64,000 nt of DNA from Camelus dromedarius. Lineage: Eukaryota. Position numbers and translations under genes: made by a program. The notes under the pieces are model-generated. The model was not told where the DNA came from. It ran no database searches and saw only the letters and a program-made list of their open reading frames with translations. Positions 24,585 to 38,740 of this stretch are shown one piece after another (positions within the stretch are counted from its first letter, which is position 1; the number at the start of each line of letters is the position of its first letter). The DNA is taken from positions 14,012,001 to 14,076,000 of the forward strand of contig NC_087436.1 in assembly GCF_036321535.1 (NCBI RefSeq), in the 5' to 3' direction.

Positions 24585-25511
24585 AATGCTGATTTCATTT
24601 ACTTACAGTGCTATGTCACTTAACAAAGCTCTTTTGAACAAATCTGACTTCTGCTCATTGCCATGGGGGAAGTGGTCATCTCTGTGCTGAGTCTCTGCCA
24701 CCTTGCACACACAGTCCTCTGTGTCAGCCTGGAAGGCCACCTCATCACTGGGAAGGCAGGTACCACCCTGGTCTCAGCACTACACAACGAGGTACAGCCA
24801 GACATTGGCTGGTGTTCTGCCTTCCTGTTACTTCACCTGACCCCAACATCCAAACAAAAATAACAGCAGCCCTAATCCAGAGGGAAGAGGCAGGGCAAAT
24901 CCAGCTGAGTCACACTTTGAGGTCTCCTAAAATTTTTTCTACTTCTGGAAAAGTTCTTATCTGTAAAAAGTGGTGTTAAATGCCTCCTCTTTTCTAATAG
25001 AGACATAGTTTTCTTCCATTGCTTGTGCAGCAACAGGGAAATTTAAGAGATGTACGAACTTGGAATTTTTGAAATCATGTTTCAACATCAGTGCTGCTTA
25101 TATGCATGGACAGTGTATGGTACCCACTCCCCTCCAACCCAAGAGACAACAGAAGGCAGCTTCAGGACAGTTCCCAGGCCTCCCATAGAAAGATCAAGCT
25201 TCCCAATCCCCATTCATCTTATCTCCACGATCAGCATGGGGAACCACAAGGCTCTGAGTGGTAGATGCTGGGGAGGAGCAGGTTTGCCTCCCTCTTACCT
25301 TAGGGTGTCATAGTCGCTATTCCAATCTCCATGGCCAGCCTCCTTTACTTACAGTCAAGGGAAGGCTAGGGAACTAGGTAATATTGCTTCATTCAAATAA
25401 TCCAGAGAGATCTGTCAAAGAGTAGGCACTCAGCCAGGAAGACATGATCCTTCAGAGAGAAGGAGGCCAAGAAATGTTTCTTTGAGTTAAAAAGAGCATA
25501 AAAAAAGAACT

Positions 25512-28420
25512 TGAGCAAGATGGCAGCATAGGAAGACCTTGAGTTCATCTCCTCCCACAGACATACTGAACCTACACCTACATATAGATCAATTACCCTT
25601 GAAAAAGACCTGAGGGCTGACTGAACAGCTTCTGCACATAGAAGAACCATACAGAAATGGGTAAAAAAGACAGAGACATGGTATCCATGGGTGCTACACC
25701 CCTGACCCAAAAACTTGAAATAGGGAGGGATATTACTGAGGGTCCCAAGTGCAATTCTGGGACACAGTGAAAAAATGCCAGTTTAAAGGGCACCTGGACT
25801 ATATAGGTAGGAAATCCAAATGGGTGAGGAACTGCCGGAGCCCTCTCCAGGGTCAGAGTTGCCAGCACACAACACAGGAGCACCTAAATATATAAAACAA
25901 ATATAAACAGAAATAAAGGGGAAAATGGACAGCAATACAATAATAGTAGGAGACATTTAATACCCTACTTACTTCTATATATAGATTATCCAGACAGAAA
26001 ATCAATAAGGAAATATTAGCCTTAAACAAAACTTTCCAAAAATCTATGGGATACAGCAAAAGTCATTCTAAGATGGAATTTCATAGCAATAAAGGCTTAC
26101 CTCAAAAAACGAAAAAATCTCAAATAAACCATCTGGATTTACATTTAAGGGAACTAGAAAAAGAACAAGTAAAGCTCAAAGTTAGTAGAAGGGAGGACAA
26201 TAAAGAACAGGTTAAAAATAAATGAAATAGAGACTAAAAAACAATAAAAAGGTCAATAAAACTAAGAGTTGGTTCTTTGAAAAGATAAACAAAATCTACA
26301 AATCTTTGGCCATACTCATCAAGAAATAAAGAAAGCCCAAATAAATAAAATCAGGAATGAAAGAGAAGAAATTACAAATGACACCACAGAAATACAAAAG
26401 ATCACAAGAGAATATTATGAACAATTATACACCAGTGAATTAGACAACCTAGAAGAAATGAATAAATGCCTAGTTTACAATCTTCCAAGACTGAATCATG
26501 AAGAAATGGAAAATCTGAACAAACTGATTACTAGGAAGAAAACTAAATCAGTAATAAAAAAAACCCTCCCCAAAAGTCCAGGTTCTGATGGCTCACAAGT
26601 CAATTTTATCAAATATTTAAAGCAGAGTTAATACCTTTCCTTCTCAAATTATTCCAAAAGATTGAACATGAAGAAACACTTTCAAATTCATTTGATGAAG
26701 CCAGCATTACCCTGATACCAAAACCAAAAGCACCACAAAAAGGAAGATTACAAGCCAACATCCCTGATGGACACAGATGCAAAAATCTTCACCAAAATAT
26801 TAGCAAACTGAATTCAACAATACATTGAAAGGATCATACACCATGATCAAGTGGGATTCACTTCAGGGATGCAAGGATGGTTTAACATTCACAAATCAAT
26901 CAATGTGATAAACCATGTTAGTAAAATGAAGTATAAAATTCATATGACCATATCAACAGATTCACAAAAGCATTTTGACAAAATTCAACATCCATTTATA
27001 ATAAAAACTCTCAACAAAGTGGTTTTGAAGGAAATATAATCAACATGATAAAGGTCATATGTGACAAACCCACAGCTAACATCATATTCAATGGTGAAAA
27101 GCTGAAAGTTTTTCCTCTAAGATCAGGAAGAAGACAACAACTCTCACTCTTGCTACTTCTATTTAACATGGTATTGCAAGTCCTAGCCAGAGCAATTAGG
27201 CAAGAAAAAAGAAATAAAAGATATCCAAATTGTAAAGGAAGAAGTAAAACTGTCACTATTTGTAGGTGACATGATACTATATATAGAAAACCCCAAAGAC
27301 TAATAAAGAACTAATAAATTAATTCAGTAAAGTTGCAGGATACAAAATTAGTATACAGAAATCTGTCACATTTCTATACACTAATAATGAACAATCAGAA
27401 AGAGAGATGAAACAAACCCCATTTACAATTACATCAAAAAGAACAAAATACCTAGGAATAATTCTAACCAAGGAGGTGAAAGATCTGTACTCTGGAAAAT
27501 ACAAGACAGTGAAGAGAGAAATTGAAGAAGACACAAATAAATAAAAAGACACCCCATGCTCATGGATTGGAAGAATCAATATTGTTAAAATGTCCACACT
27601 ATCCAAAGCAATCGCCAAACTCAATGCAATGCTTATGAAAATACCAGTGGCATTTTTCACAGAAATAGAACTAATAATCCTCAAATTTGGGAAACACAAA
27701 AGCCCCCAAATAGCCAAAGCAATCTTAAGAAGAATCTACAATGGGGAAAAGACAGTTTCTTCAATAAATGGTGTTGGGAAAACCAGACAGCTACATGCAA
27801 AAGGATGAAACTGGACCACTGTCTTACATTGTGTACACAAAGAAACACAAAATGGATTAAAGATTTAAATGTAAGACCTGAAACCATAAAACTCTAAGAA
27901 GAAAACATGGGCACCCTTGGACATTAGTCTTAGCACTATTTTGGGGGGGGGGGGAATATCTCCTCAGAAAAGGGAAACAAAAGTTTTAAAAAATGGGACT
28001 ACATCATCTAAAAAAGCTTTTCCACAACAAAGGAAACCACCAACAAATGAAAAGGCAACCTATTGAATGGGAGAAGATATTTGCAAACTCTATCTTCGAT
28101 AAGGGGCTGATATCCAAAATATATGAAGAACTCTAATAACTCAATATTGAAAAAACAAACAACCTAATTAAAAAATGTGCAGAAGACTTGAGTAGACATT
28201 TTTCCAAAGAACACATACAGATGGCCAACAGGCACATGAAAAGTGCTCAACATCATTAATTATCAGAGAAATGCAAATCAAAACCACAGTGAGATATCAC
28301 CTCACATCTGTCAGAATGGCTATCTTCAAAAAGACAAGAAATAATAAATGTTGATGAGGATGTGGAGAAAAGGGAACCTTTGGTGGGAATATAAAGTGGT
28401 ACAGTCATTATGGAAAATCC
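25512..28420 (+). mobile_element. Older L1 with 5' UTR and internally deleted, disrupted ORF2 (endonuclease, RT and C-terminal fragments)
   Basis: 5' end 'caagatggcagcataggaagaccttgagttcatctcctcccac'; RT motifs [23 protein letters not shown] and [24 protein letters not shown]; many stops and frameshifts. Confidence 0.93.
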
Positions 28421-28465
28421 CATTTCCAGCTTCAGATATGTTTTGTTTGGCCAGCATAGTATACT

Positions 28466-28587
28466 TTTAAGGGGGGGCGGAATTAAGTTCATTAATTTAT
28501 TTATTCTAATGGAGGTACTGGGGATTGAACTCAGGACCTCCTGCATGCTAAGCATGCGCTCTACCACTGAGTTAGACCCCCATCCCC
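28466..28587 (-). mobile_element. tRNA-Ala-derived SINE (vic-1-like)
   Basis: tggaggtactggggattgaactcaggacctcctgcatgctaagcatgcgctctaccactgagtta. Confidence 0.92.
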
Positions 28588-28589
28588 TG

Positions 28590-28722
28590 CAGGCACAATA
28601 TATTTTTGAATGTTTTACTCTTACTTAGTTGCAACCTTAGAGATCTGAGTATTTTGTATTAACAGATAAATAACTGGATTTCCAGAAATCTTTGATAAAG
28701 CAGAAGATCTGGCAAAGCTGGC
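28590..28722. mobile_element. MER103-like hAT MITE fragment
   Basis: 'ctggatttccagaaatctttgataaagcagaagatctggcaaagctg' resembles the MER103 end. Confidence 0.55.
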
Positions 28723-30499
28723 TGACATGCACAAGTGGATCAAAATGCTTTCCCTCCGAGAGCCCCATCAGCCCCTGGCTCTCCTTGGCATCTCTGCTCC
28801 CTGCTGGACCCTGCAGCCATGCACTCTGCCCTTTTAGGCATGACCAATGTTTCCCTACCTAATGTTTCACCAAGGGAGCTCAGACAAAATATCCACACTC
28901 ACATTCAGACCTGTTAAGTTAGAATATGGGCCTCAGAAGAGTTTTGAAGTCCCCAGGTGATAAGAACATGCAATCAGGTTTACAAAGAGCTGGGGCTAGA
29001 CCATGAAGGGCAGGTGGTAAATTTTTCTCTTTTTGAAGCTCCTCAGTGGTACATTTTATTCTTTCACCATTTTAGAAGTACTTCATTTTGTTCTATGAAA
29101 ACCTTGTTTTCTCATACTCTATTCTTTTCAGTGCCTCACTCAGCCTCAGGGTTTTCTTTCTTTCTTTCTTTCTTTTTTAAGCTTCTCTTTCTGCTCCATT
29201 AAGTTATTTTGGCTGCTCCATTCTGAACCCCTCCTCCAGTTTTTCCACATTCTTTTTAAAGTACAATGCACAAAATTAGAAACAATACCCTAACCATTAT
29301 TTTACTAGAGTAGAATTCAGTCGAGGTATTTATTTCCGGTTCCTTGTATATTTAACACCTCAGAATCACATTAATGTCTTTTCACAATGCTTTTTTTTTT
29401 TTTTTTTTCTTAATCATCATCTGGTTTTTGTTAACAAGGGACTCATTTGCAGAAACCTGAGAAACCACAGTCCAGGATGGAAAATCAAGTTTCGGGGCAA
29501 ATTAAAGCAATGAATATCAAGCCTCATTTCCTCATTAAAGGGACATCAATCTTCCTCCAGGGCCATAACCCGATATGCAAAATTAAAGGGGCCACAAGCA
29601 TGTCTGTAACACTTTCAGTTCTTTACCTATAAATTAACTAATTTATAGCCAATAGGCTAGTCTGTTTTTAGGGAATTTCCAAGCTAATTTGACAACAGCT
29701 TTTCTGAGGGTTATTTATTTTTTTCCCCCATTTTACAGACTTTTCCTTTCTTTCCTTTTTGTTTTCGTTAAGATAATCCTCAGCTCTCAGGTTATAACAG
29801 AAAAGCTGCTTAGTGGGCAATGGCATTGGAAAACCAGCACACATTTTAGCACATCTTTATAAGATATTACTTTGGCATGCCCATTTTATAGATTAGGAAA
29901 CTGAGGCCTGGAAAGTTTAAGCAGCTTGCCCATAGTTGACTGCCCACACACCAATATCGCCTGAGTCCTGGCTTTGTTGGTCCCTGGGGAAGGTGAAGCC
30001 TTCCATGGCCATCAGCCCCTGACTCTGAACACCCTACAGGTCCTCAAGAAATCCAGCCTGGCCCGGAGGGCGGGCGGGAACGGGGTTGAGGGGGGTGTGG
30101 TGTTAGGCTTTAGATGCTACTTCTCAGTATCACACATTCGGGCACGAAACAGATCGACGTGGAAATGCACAAGAAACACTGAACAAGATATTCCAGAGCC
30201 AACTGACGCTGTTAGCCTCCCCTAGGAACCCCTAGGGGAAAGTCAAGGTTCTTTTAAAAGTATATAAACCACGGAGAGGCCCTGGCAGGATGCCACCTTT
30301 GTAAACTTGGAAACCTTGTCCAGAAATAAATATAAAACTGAAGCTGACCTTCAAGATTCCCTCTAAGCGATCGATAGTGAGAATAAAACCACATCCCTTC
30401 ACATCCATACTTCGGGGAGAAAGGAGGGCATTGAGGTCTCTTCGCTTTACTTATGGTCTTCATAAAATGTCTGCCGTGTTAGAACACAAAGTGTGGGGA

Positions 30500-32320
30500 G
30501 GCAAACGGAAGGAGCGAGCTCGGGGCTCGGCGAGAGGAGAGTTTGGGGCCCAAAAGGCTCTGAAATCCCAAAGGAATCCGGACCCGCCGCCTTCGAGAGC
30601 CGAGACCCTGCTGCGCCCGATGCTTCCGGGGGCGCCGCTGCGCCCAGGTCCCTGCAGGACTGATCGCGGTGGTCAGTGCCAGCGCACAAAGGTCCTCCCT
30701 GGCGGGAAAACACTGGCCTAATCTCATTGCTTTGAGCCAACCGTAAAATGCAGTTTTTCCCCTTTCTCAAAAAAGACCCAAGTATTTGGGGACTGGACAG
30801 GACTGTCTACACCGGCTGCCTAGGCCCAGCGTCTTTTCTTTGTGCGTCCGCCTCCAAACCATAGGACGAGATCCCGAGGCGTGCGCTAGAAGCCGGGCGC
30901 TCAAGCCCCCTGTCGCCGCGCCAGGGCGCACCACCCACAGACAAGGCGTGGCGACGCGCGTCGCGAGGCCCTCGCGTAGCCGGATCCCCCGCGCGCCGGC
31001 CTTTCCTCTCGCTGCCTCTGCGTCCCCGCAACCAGGCTGGAAGCCCTATGAGCCCAGCTCCTAACACACAGGCTGCGCCGAGCCACGGATACTCACGTTT
31101 CCAGTTGTTTTCATTAAGTGCGCACACTGTCCTCGGCCACTGGCAATTAGAAGCAAGGGAAAGCGCCCTGAGAGCCGCCTTTCAGGCAGCGAGAAGTGAC
31201 AAGCAGGCTCCCAGCTAAAAGCCCCTCATTTTCTGCAGGCTCACTCAAAATGCGCCTCGGTGCCGCCAACGCAGCTGCCAGGTTTAATAACTGTGTCAGA
31301 CAGCCCCTCCCCCCATAAAGAGACACAAAGATGACAGGCTGGGGACTGAGGATCTCACGTTCAAGCCTCAGCCCCGGCAACGCCGCAGCTGGAATGACTG
31401 CATGCACGGACCAGGAAAAGGTTCAAATGCTAGCCTTGACCTAGGAATTCTCCAAAAGCCTCAGTTCTTTTCTATTCACTCTGAGCATAAATTTCATGCT
31501 CTTCCCAAAGGTACCTGTGAAACAAAATAAGAGGGAAGTGCCTTTCCAGTTAATCTAACCTGCATCTCGAATGTAAAGGGGACTTACGTAGAGGGAAGCA
31601 GCCAACCTCAATCCTATTAATACTTGATTTCTGGGAACTGGTGGGATGTCCTGGCACTTTGTAAAGCCCAGGAAGATCATCGAATGGGGTTTCCCTCACG
31701 TTTCGTCGCGCACACGCACGCTCCAGCCTCTGCAGAGGACGCTGGACAGTGGAACCTTACTGTCTGGGGGGGCTTCTTTGCAGATCCTTCTCGACCTGGA
31801 CCATCTCCAAAGCGCGAATATCTCCTCGAGAGCGACTTGATTTTATCAAGCCGGAAGGAACTGGTGGTTCTATTTTGCAAGTGAAATACCCACCGAAAGT
31901 AGTGCTTTATTTAAAAAAAAAAAAAACAACAGTACATATACAATCCACACAAGGTACCCAGCAGCCTGGCGGCCACTCCCCACGGCCTCCCCGAGCCCCG
32001 CCCCGCCCCAAGGGCCCTTTTCCGTCCCACCCGCCCCCCCTGCCACACCTGCCTCTGCCGGGAGTGGTTTCCTTGGAAACTCCGGAGAGCCATTTCTCCC
32101 TTCCTTCCTTCTCGGTTACCCGGAGAACTGCGAACTAGCTTTCGGCGGTTCAGGATGGATGGCAGTGGATGCCTGCTTTAAATCACAGATTCACAGAGAT
32201 TCTCGAGGGTGGTGGGACAGGAACAGCAGGGCAGCGATATTTGGGAATGGAGGTGGAGCCCCGCGAGCCTGCGCGTGGGTGGGGTTAGTGGCATCGCCGA
32301 CCCCAGGGACAGCGTGGCTC
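30500..32320. promoter_or_regulatory. CpG island, probable promoter or developmental enhancer
   Basis: Sharp rise in GC and CpG (e.g. gcgacgcgcgtcgcgagg), free of repeats, tandem GC boxes ccccgccccgcccc near 31996-32009. Confidence 0.85.
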
Positions 32321-33674
32321 CCCCCTCCCCACTCCCAAATGATTTTTCACTTGGTTTTAGAATGAATTACCTCATTCTCTTCAGCACACTTGATTTTCTC
32401 CATTCCGCTTAAGGTGCTATCTATAAAGTTATTTTGCACAGACCAAGCACTAGCTAGCTCCCGGTACAGGTGAGGAGAGGCCTGTAAAGATGTGTGAAGC
32501 CATGGGGGGGGAGACCTCGTGGGAGTAATATGTGACTGCGGGGGATTTCTTTGCACTATCAGTCCACAATGATGGCAACAAAATTAAACTCACTATTTCA
32601 GGTGAAATTCCGGGTGGGGAAAAGAAGACGGGTGGATGAGACTGTCCATATTTGCTAAACGTTTAAATGTTCATATGACATCTTGATACTTTCGGCTATG
32701 GACGTTTTATACTCATCAAACGACAAATCGGTACTCAAAAGTAAAATGAAACAACTCAGTGTGCTTTGTGCAAGGCATAATACAATTGCATACACCCCCC
32801 CATATATTGGTTTCTTCTTGCTATAAATTGTATGTTTCATATCTGGGTTATTAAAAGTTTGAAATCAACAGCATGCTTAAATTGCTGACATTTTACTTTA
32901 CACATTATAATATGATGATGATGTTAATTAATCTCTGGGCTGAGAATGAAATATATATTTGTATATGTGTGTATACAAATGCATCTCTTTAAAACTCATA
33001 AATGCATTTCTGTTAAGTTCCACATGCTTCTAATTTTCACAAAGGAAGTGATATTTCTATATTTTTCGATAGTTCTATATTTTATAAAACCAGTTTATGT
33101 AAAAGAAAACATACAGGAAATTTTTGTCATGAAGCAAAAACCTCATCTAAGAGCCATCTAGTTTACATATTTTGAAAATCCATATTTTGTATCCTGAATC
33201 TGCTTTGAAGCATATAATTTTGGAATCATGTTACACGGACGCTCATTTGCAAATGAGGCTCTATAAAACAAAACTATGTAGAGCCAACAATAGAATAGAC
33301 ACCCACCTCTCTCTCTTATTACATTTCAAGTTTGAGAAAATAAAAAGTATCAAGCAGATTATCTTCACTTCTAAACCAAAATTCACAGTGAATACTGTAG
33401 AAGACAGAAGAATAGGGGTAAAGAGGTTGAAAAATACTAAGCAATGAAGTATTTTAAAATATTGCTCCAAAACTAATTAACAGCAAGATGATTATATTTA
33501 GAATATTATATAGATTGGTAATATTTAAGTGAGAGTCAAAACATTAGATACGATCCCAGTTTTTTTCAAAGTTATGGGTGCATGTACTTGTCCACGTGAC
33601 AGTTATGATGCGGGGGAATTTTTGGCTTTACACTTGCCTATGTTTTCCAGAACAAATATTGCCAATGAGAGCAA

Positions 33675-33870
33675 TGTGGTAGACTGCTTAAGAGCATAGG
33701 CTCGGAGTCAGACAGAGCTGGCTTAAGTCCCAACTGACCCTTCCTGGCTATATGTGCTTTCTCATTTGAAAAACCCAGCTAATAGCACCTTCCTCATAAG
33801 GTGGCTGGGAGGATTAAGTGGCAGAAGGACTGAAAATTACTCAGTACTGGGTGTGGCACATGGAAGAACA
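33675..33870 (+). mobile_element. MIR SINE
   Basis: 'ttaagagcataggctcggagtcagacagagctgg..ctcatttgaaa..aatagcaccttcctcataagg'. Confidence 0.7.
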
Positions 33871-33899
33871 TCTTCATTATAGCAAATACATTTGTCCCA

Positions 33900-34560
33900 G
33901 GTTTTAGGCTCTTATTTCCCAGGATCTTAATTCTACATTGGATATTTTTGACACTTCAATTAGACATTATCATTTGGTATATGCAATACTGTTTATATTT
34001 GTCCACATTTTTTACCCATATTTTTCTTCGTTACTTTCTGCATCCCAGAACTTCCTTCTGGGGTCATTCTCCTTTTCCTTAAAGGGCATCCCTACGAATA
34101 TTCATTGTAAGGGTTTTTTGTTACTGAAATCTCCCAGTTTTGGTTTGATAATGCCTTTATTTTGATTTTGTTCTTGAAATATGGTTTCATGTGACATATA
34201 ATTTTAGGATCATTGTTATTTTCAATCAACATTTTGAAGATACTCCAAATGTCTCCTGGCTTCATTGTTGCTACTGAGGAGTGAGCTGTCATGTAATTTT
34301 CACGTTTTTCTAGGTTGTCTGTCAATTTTGAATGTTTTGTTCCTTGTTATGCTTTTATTCCATTATCTTATCTCCTTAAAATATTAAACACACTTATTTA
34401 ATCTTCTGTCCCCAGTCATTCAATATCGTAGTCTTTGCAGGTTTTACACAGCAGTTTATTGTCTCACGTGACTCTCACTCATGATGTTGTTCCCTTGTTT
34501 ATTTAGTGATCTTTATTTATTGTGAATTCATGTGCCTTGGAACTTTATCAGTGGGACCTC
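33900..34560 (-). mobile_element. Ancient L1M/HAL1-like fragment
   Basis: T-rich antisense ORF1-like text ('tttcaatcaacattttgaagatactcca..ctggcttcattgttgctactgaggagtgagctgtc'). Confidence 0.6.
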
Positions 34561-35024
34561 TGAGTCCCTGTGTTAAAGTGAAACACCCAGGTAGATAGGC
34601 TGGGGAGGTGGGAGCACTTTAAAATCAATTTTGTGTTTAAAGTTTTCAGGTCCATGCAAGAGATGTAAATTTCAAGTTCAAACACTTGTGAGTGGAAGCA
34701 GAAGACTGGAAATACTTTGGGCAGAGTATTCTCCCCAGTGCCAAGGCGCAGGTAGGTAACATGTCCTTATGCAGGCAAGTTGTGCTCTTATAAAACCATT
34801 ATGTTGCCTTTCCAGGGTTCTTGCCTCCCAACCTGCTCAAGCCCAGTTCTTTCTATCTCCTGCCCCTTGGACATGGCTCATTCAAACTGAGACTCTGGGG
34901 GTTGTCAGGTGCCCCTGTCTCCATCCCTCTCAGCAAAGTTCTGCTTTGTAGAGGGCTACAATCAAGCTTTTTCAAAGTTCTACCTTCTCTTCCCTTTACT
35001 TTACGCCAACCCCACAGTGCTTTG

Positions 35025-36900
35025 AAAGAGTAAGACAAATGATCCAATTTTTTTAAGTGGGCAAAAGATTTAGACAGACATTTCACAAATAGAAGATATA
35101 TAGGTAGTAAATGAGAACGTGAAAAGATGCATAACATCATTAGTCATCGGGGAAATGCAAATTAAAGCCCCAGTGAAATACCACTACACAAGAATGACTT
35201 AAAAAATGGGAAAGACGGACAATATCAAGTATCGCCAAGAATGCGGAGCTACTGGGCCCCCATACACTGCTGGTGGGCATGTAAAATGGTATTGCCACTT
35301 TGGGAATCAATTTAGCAATTTCTTATGAAGTTAAATATATGTATATGTATTACTTCTCTATTGCTATAACAAATTACTGTGAATTTAGTGGCTTAAAACT
35401 ACATTTGCTTATTCTCTCATAGTTCTGAAGGTCAGAGACTGGGGCAGTGGGGCTGGGTTGTCTGCTCGTGGTATCACAAGATTGAAGTAAAGGTGTTAGC
35501 TGGGCTGAGTCCTCTTCTAGTGGCTCTAGGATGAAATCCAAGATTTCATCCAAGCTCAGTGAGGTTGTTAGAAGAATGCAATTCCTTGTAGCTGCAGGAC
35601 TGAGGTCCCCATTTCATGCTGGCTGTCAGCGGGGGCTTCGCTCAGCTCCTTAAGGCTGTCCATATTCCTTCATGTGGGTGCCCTCCATCTTTAAGCCAGT
35701 AAAGACATACTGAATCACCCCTGTGATTGCATCACATCTCTCTGACTTTCTTTTTTGTCTAAAAGTGTTTGAAAGGCTCATGTGATTAAATTAGGTCTAC
35801 CCAGCTCGCCATCTCCCTTTGCCATGTAAGGTAACATAACCATGGGGGTGATATCTCAACATATTCTCGTGTTCTACTGACCCTCAGAGGGGAGGGAATT
35901 ATGCAAGGGCGAGGGTCATTGAGAGTCTTAGAATTCTGCTTACTATACGATATGACCCAGCCATTCCATTCCTAAGTATTTACCCAGGAGAAGTGAAAAT
36001 ACATGTCTACCCAAAGACTTCTAGGTGAATATTTATATCCGCTTATTCATTATAGCTGAAAACCAGGAAGAACAACAAATACCCATCAACTGGTGAATTA
36101 ATAAAACAAATTGTGCTATATCCATCCAGTGGAACTCTGCTCATCAGTAGAAAGGAGCAGACTCCTGACACGCACACCAGCACAGGGAAATCGCCAAATA
36201 CGGCGCCAAGTGGAAGAATTCATATACTGTTGATCACTTTATTCTGAAATCTGAAACTGGCTCCCATCCACAGAGGGCAGGGAGGGACTGAAGAAAGAGG
36301 CATTTCAGATTGGTAGGTGGCATATGTAGTAATTAAGGGAACTTACAAGCCTTGAGTGGGGCCTGCAGGAAAAGTAGATCTTCACTCCTGCCTGTCAGAA
36401 TCTTAAATTTTTATAGAGAGGCCTTAACTGGGTTTAGTCATGTCCATACTCTATCCAGATTGGCTCAACAGCACATCACTCTCCCAAGGCTGCGTCCTCA
36501 GGCAGTTCTAGCGCTGGAAGGAGCTCCCTCACATGCCAAGAACAGGAGTCTGGTGAGGAGCCTCCAGCTGCCCAGCTCTTGGGTCAACCAGTGGTCATGT
36601 CTTCTCACTGACCTCCTCCAACAAATGCAAGAAACTCCATACTGTATGATTTAATTTATAGGACGTTCTGGAATAGGCAAAACTATAGTAATAGGAAATA
36701 AATCCGTGATTGCCTCGGGTTGGAGGGGAGGGAAAAGGACTGACTGTTAGGGGGGCACAGGGGACTTTGAGGGGTGATGTAAAGGTACTGTATCGTCGTC
36801 GTGGTGGTGGTTACGTGACTCTGTACATTTGTCAATATTCATTGAATTGTACAATTAAAATCAGTGAATTTCATTATATGTAAATAATACCTTAATAAAA
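35025..36900 (+). mobile_element. Old L1MB/MC 3' region, fragmented and interrupted by an MLT1
   Basis: 'tgggcaaaagatttagacagacatttcac..gaaatgcaaattaaa'; resumes at 35950 'atatgacccagccattccattcctaagtatttaccc'; 3' end at 36640-36900. Confidence 0.8.
35346..35948 (-). mobile_element. MaLR LTR (MLT1E-like) nested in L1
   Basis: 'tgtattacttctctattgctataacaaattac..tttagtggcttaaaac..cttagaattctgcttactata'. Confidence 0.85.
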
Positions 36901-37034
36901 CTGACCAAAAAAACTATGGTTTTTGCATCTTATCCAGAATTTTAAGGTGTTCTAAATTGGAAGTTTCTCTACCCTTTTTAATCCACAAGATTCACCTAAG
37001 ACTTTCTTAGCTGTGTCAAAATGTGCCTGCGTGT

Positions 37035-37145
37035 TTTTCTTTTTCTTTTCTTTTTTTCTTTTTCAGCAGAGGTACTGGAGATTGAACCCAGGACCTCCGT
37101 GCATGCTAAGCATGTAGTCTATGACTGAGCTATGCTCTCTCCTCT
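37035..37145 (-). mobile_element. tRNA-Ala-derived SINE (vic-1-like)
   Basis: Antisense head and T-rich tail; TSD tgtgcctgc on both sides. Confidence 0.9.
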
Positions 37146-38349
37146 TGTGCCTGCATATTTAATCCCTAGCCCTTACTTTCAGTGGAACTGCATGGTCACT
37201 TGGTTATTGTTTATTGGCTCCAGGCTAGATCATAAACTGTATGTGGTCAGGGTCCTGGCTGGGTTCACCGCCGTACCCCAGGACCTGTCCATGGTGGGCC
37301 TTTGATAAAGATGTGTTGGATAACAAAGACATTTGTTGAATAAATGAATAGCCCCCCTGCACACCATGTCCCCCCCAGCAATTTTGAACACTGGAAAATC
37401 TGATCATACATCTTTCCCCCAGCTGATCTCTCATTACCTTCAACTCTATTACTCAAACCTTTTCTAAACTATAATTGAAGGTTGGAGTTAGAAGCCTTTC
37501 ATTTAGCCCCATGACGTTACAGAAACCACTGATTCCGGCTCCTGTTTTCTGGGCCGGAAGCCCAGGGGGCAGAGCATCACAATGTGGGCTGGGAGGGGAG
37601 AAATACAGCGGCCCAGTGCTTAATCTTCGGTGGCCCTGGCTGACCCCCCTGGTTTCCATCCATTTCCAGCCTTCTTTGGTCACGGCAGTCTAGACTCAGC
37701 ACCCTATTTCACTCCAAGGCTTAAATTCTGTGCTCCTTTTAAGGTACACATGATTCATCTAAACGCGAAGAAACTATCAGTATTTGTCAGAGCGCAATGC
37801 CATTGGCGATCAGGTGATCTCATTAACATTAACAGAAGCCAAAGAATGCAGAGCCCTCTGGGCTGGAGCCAACAGCTCTCCCAGAGGGGAGCAGAGCCAG
37901 GAAGGCAACAGACATATTTCTCTGTTCAGGGAACTAATTAGGCCCTCCATTCATTTGACCTTGGCCTTTGGTTACTTATTTATAAATGTCACACCTGCTG
38001 TCCCTCCGCCTTCCAGGACAGAACCAAAGTGAAAAACTGCCAAGTGCTAAACTCCTTCCTGATTACTGTGATCTGTCAACAGGGACAAAAATCAAGGGAG
38101 AAACAGGCATTTTCCTTGCCTTTGTTTTTACTGCACAAAGCTGTAAGCACAATTGTGGGAATTCAGTGGTTCCTCTTCAAACTGTGATACTGTTCACACT
38201 GGTTATTTGCTACCCAGCAACTATGCCCATCCTGGCAACAGATCCTCAAATATCTAGAGAAAAATTGGCCTGGGTGGGATTGAACCTACCCCAAGTTCCA
38301 GGAGTAGGTCCTACAGGCTTACACCCTAGCACACCCACCTGTGCCCCTA

Positions 38350-38740
38350 AGTCACCTGGACTGGCACTAACCCAATCAGAGTCAGTGAGCCAGGAGAAGA
38401 TATTTGCTGGGGCTTTGGGGCAAAATAAACCTTCTTTTTCTTGTAGCAGTTCTGGAAGTAGAGATTAGATATGAATTTTGGAGCTGCTGCAGCCAGTCTT
38501 CCATTAAGGGAGGCCTTGGAGCTGCCTTTGGGGCACCTTTGTGGATCTTGAGGATAAAGCCAACATCATAGAAGACAGAGTAGGGAGGAAACCTGGCCCT
38601 AGGTGGCATCTTTTGAGCTGAGGGACCAAACCTCACCTGAAATCAGTCCCTCTAGGTTTCCAGTTACCACTGAGTCCATAAACTCCCTTTATCTTATACG
38701 GCAGCCTGATTACAGTTTTCTGTCATCTGCCATTAAAAAA
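38350..38740 (+). mobile_element. MaLR LTR (MLT1J/K-like)
   Basis: 'ggagctgctgcagccagtctt..gaggataaagccaaca..ataaactccctttatcttata..gttttctgtcatctgc'. Confidence 0.55.

Noticed and set aside
25870..28420. Reverse transcriptase motifs as a possible novel retroelement or domesticated gene
   Set aside because: Standard L1 ORF2 motifs broken by stops, frameshifts and large deletions.
30377..32412. Many overlapping ORFs in the CpG island
   Set aside because: Expected from stop-codon depletion in GC-rich DNA; the peptides are Arg/Pro/Ala/Gly-rich with no domain.
37986..38468. 160-aa ORF with hydrophobic stretches
   Set aside because: No recognisable family, weak start context, and the 3' part runs into MaLR-like sequence.
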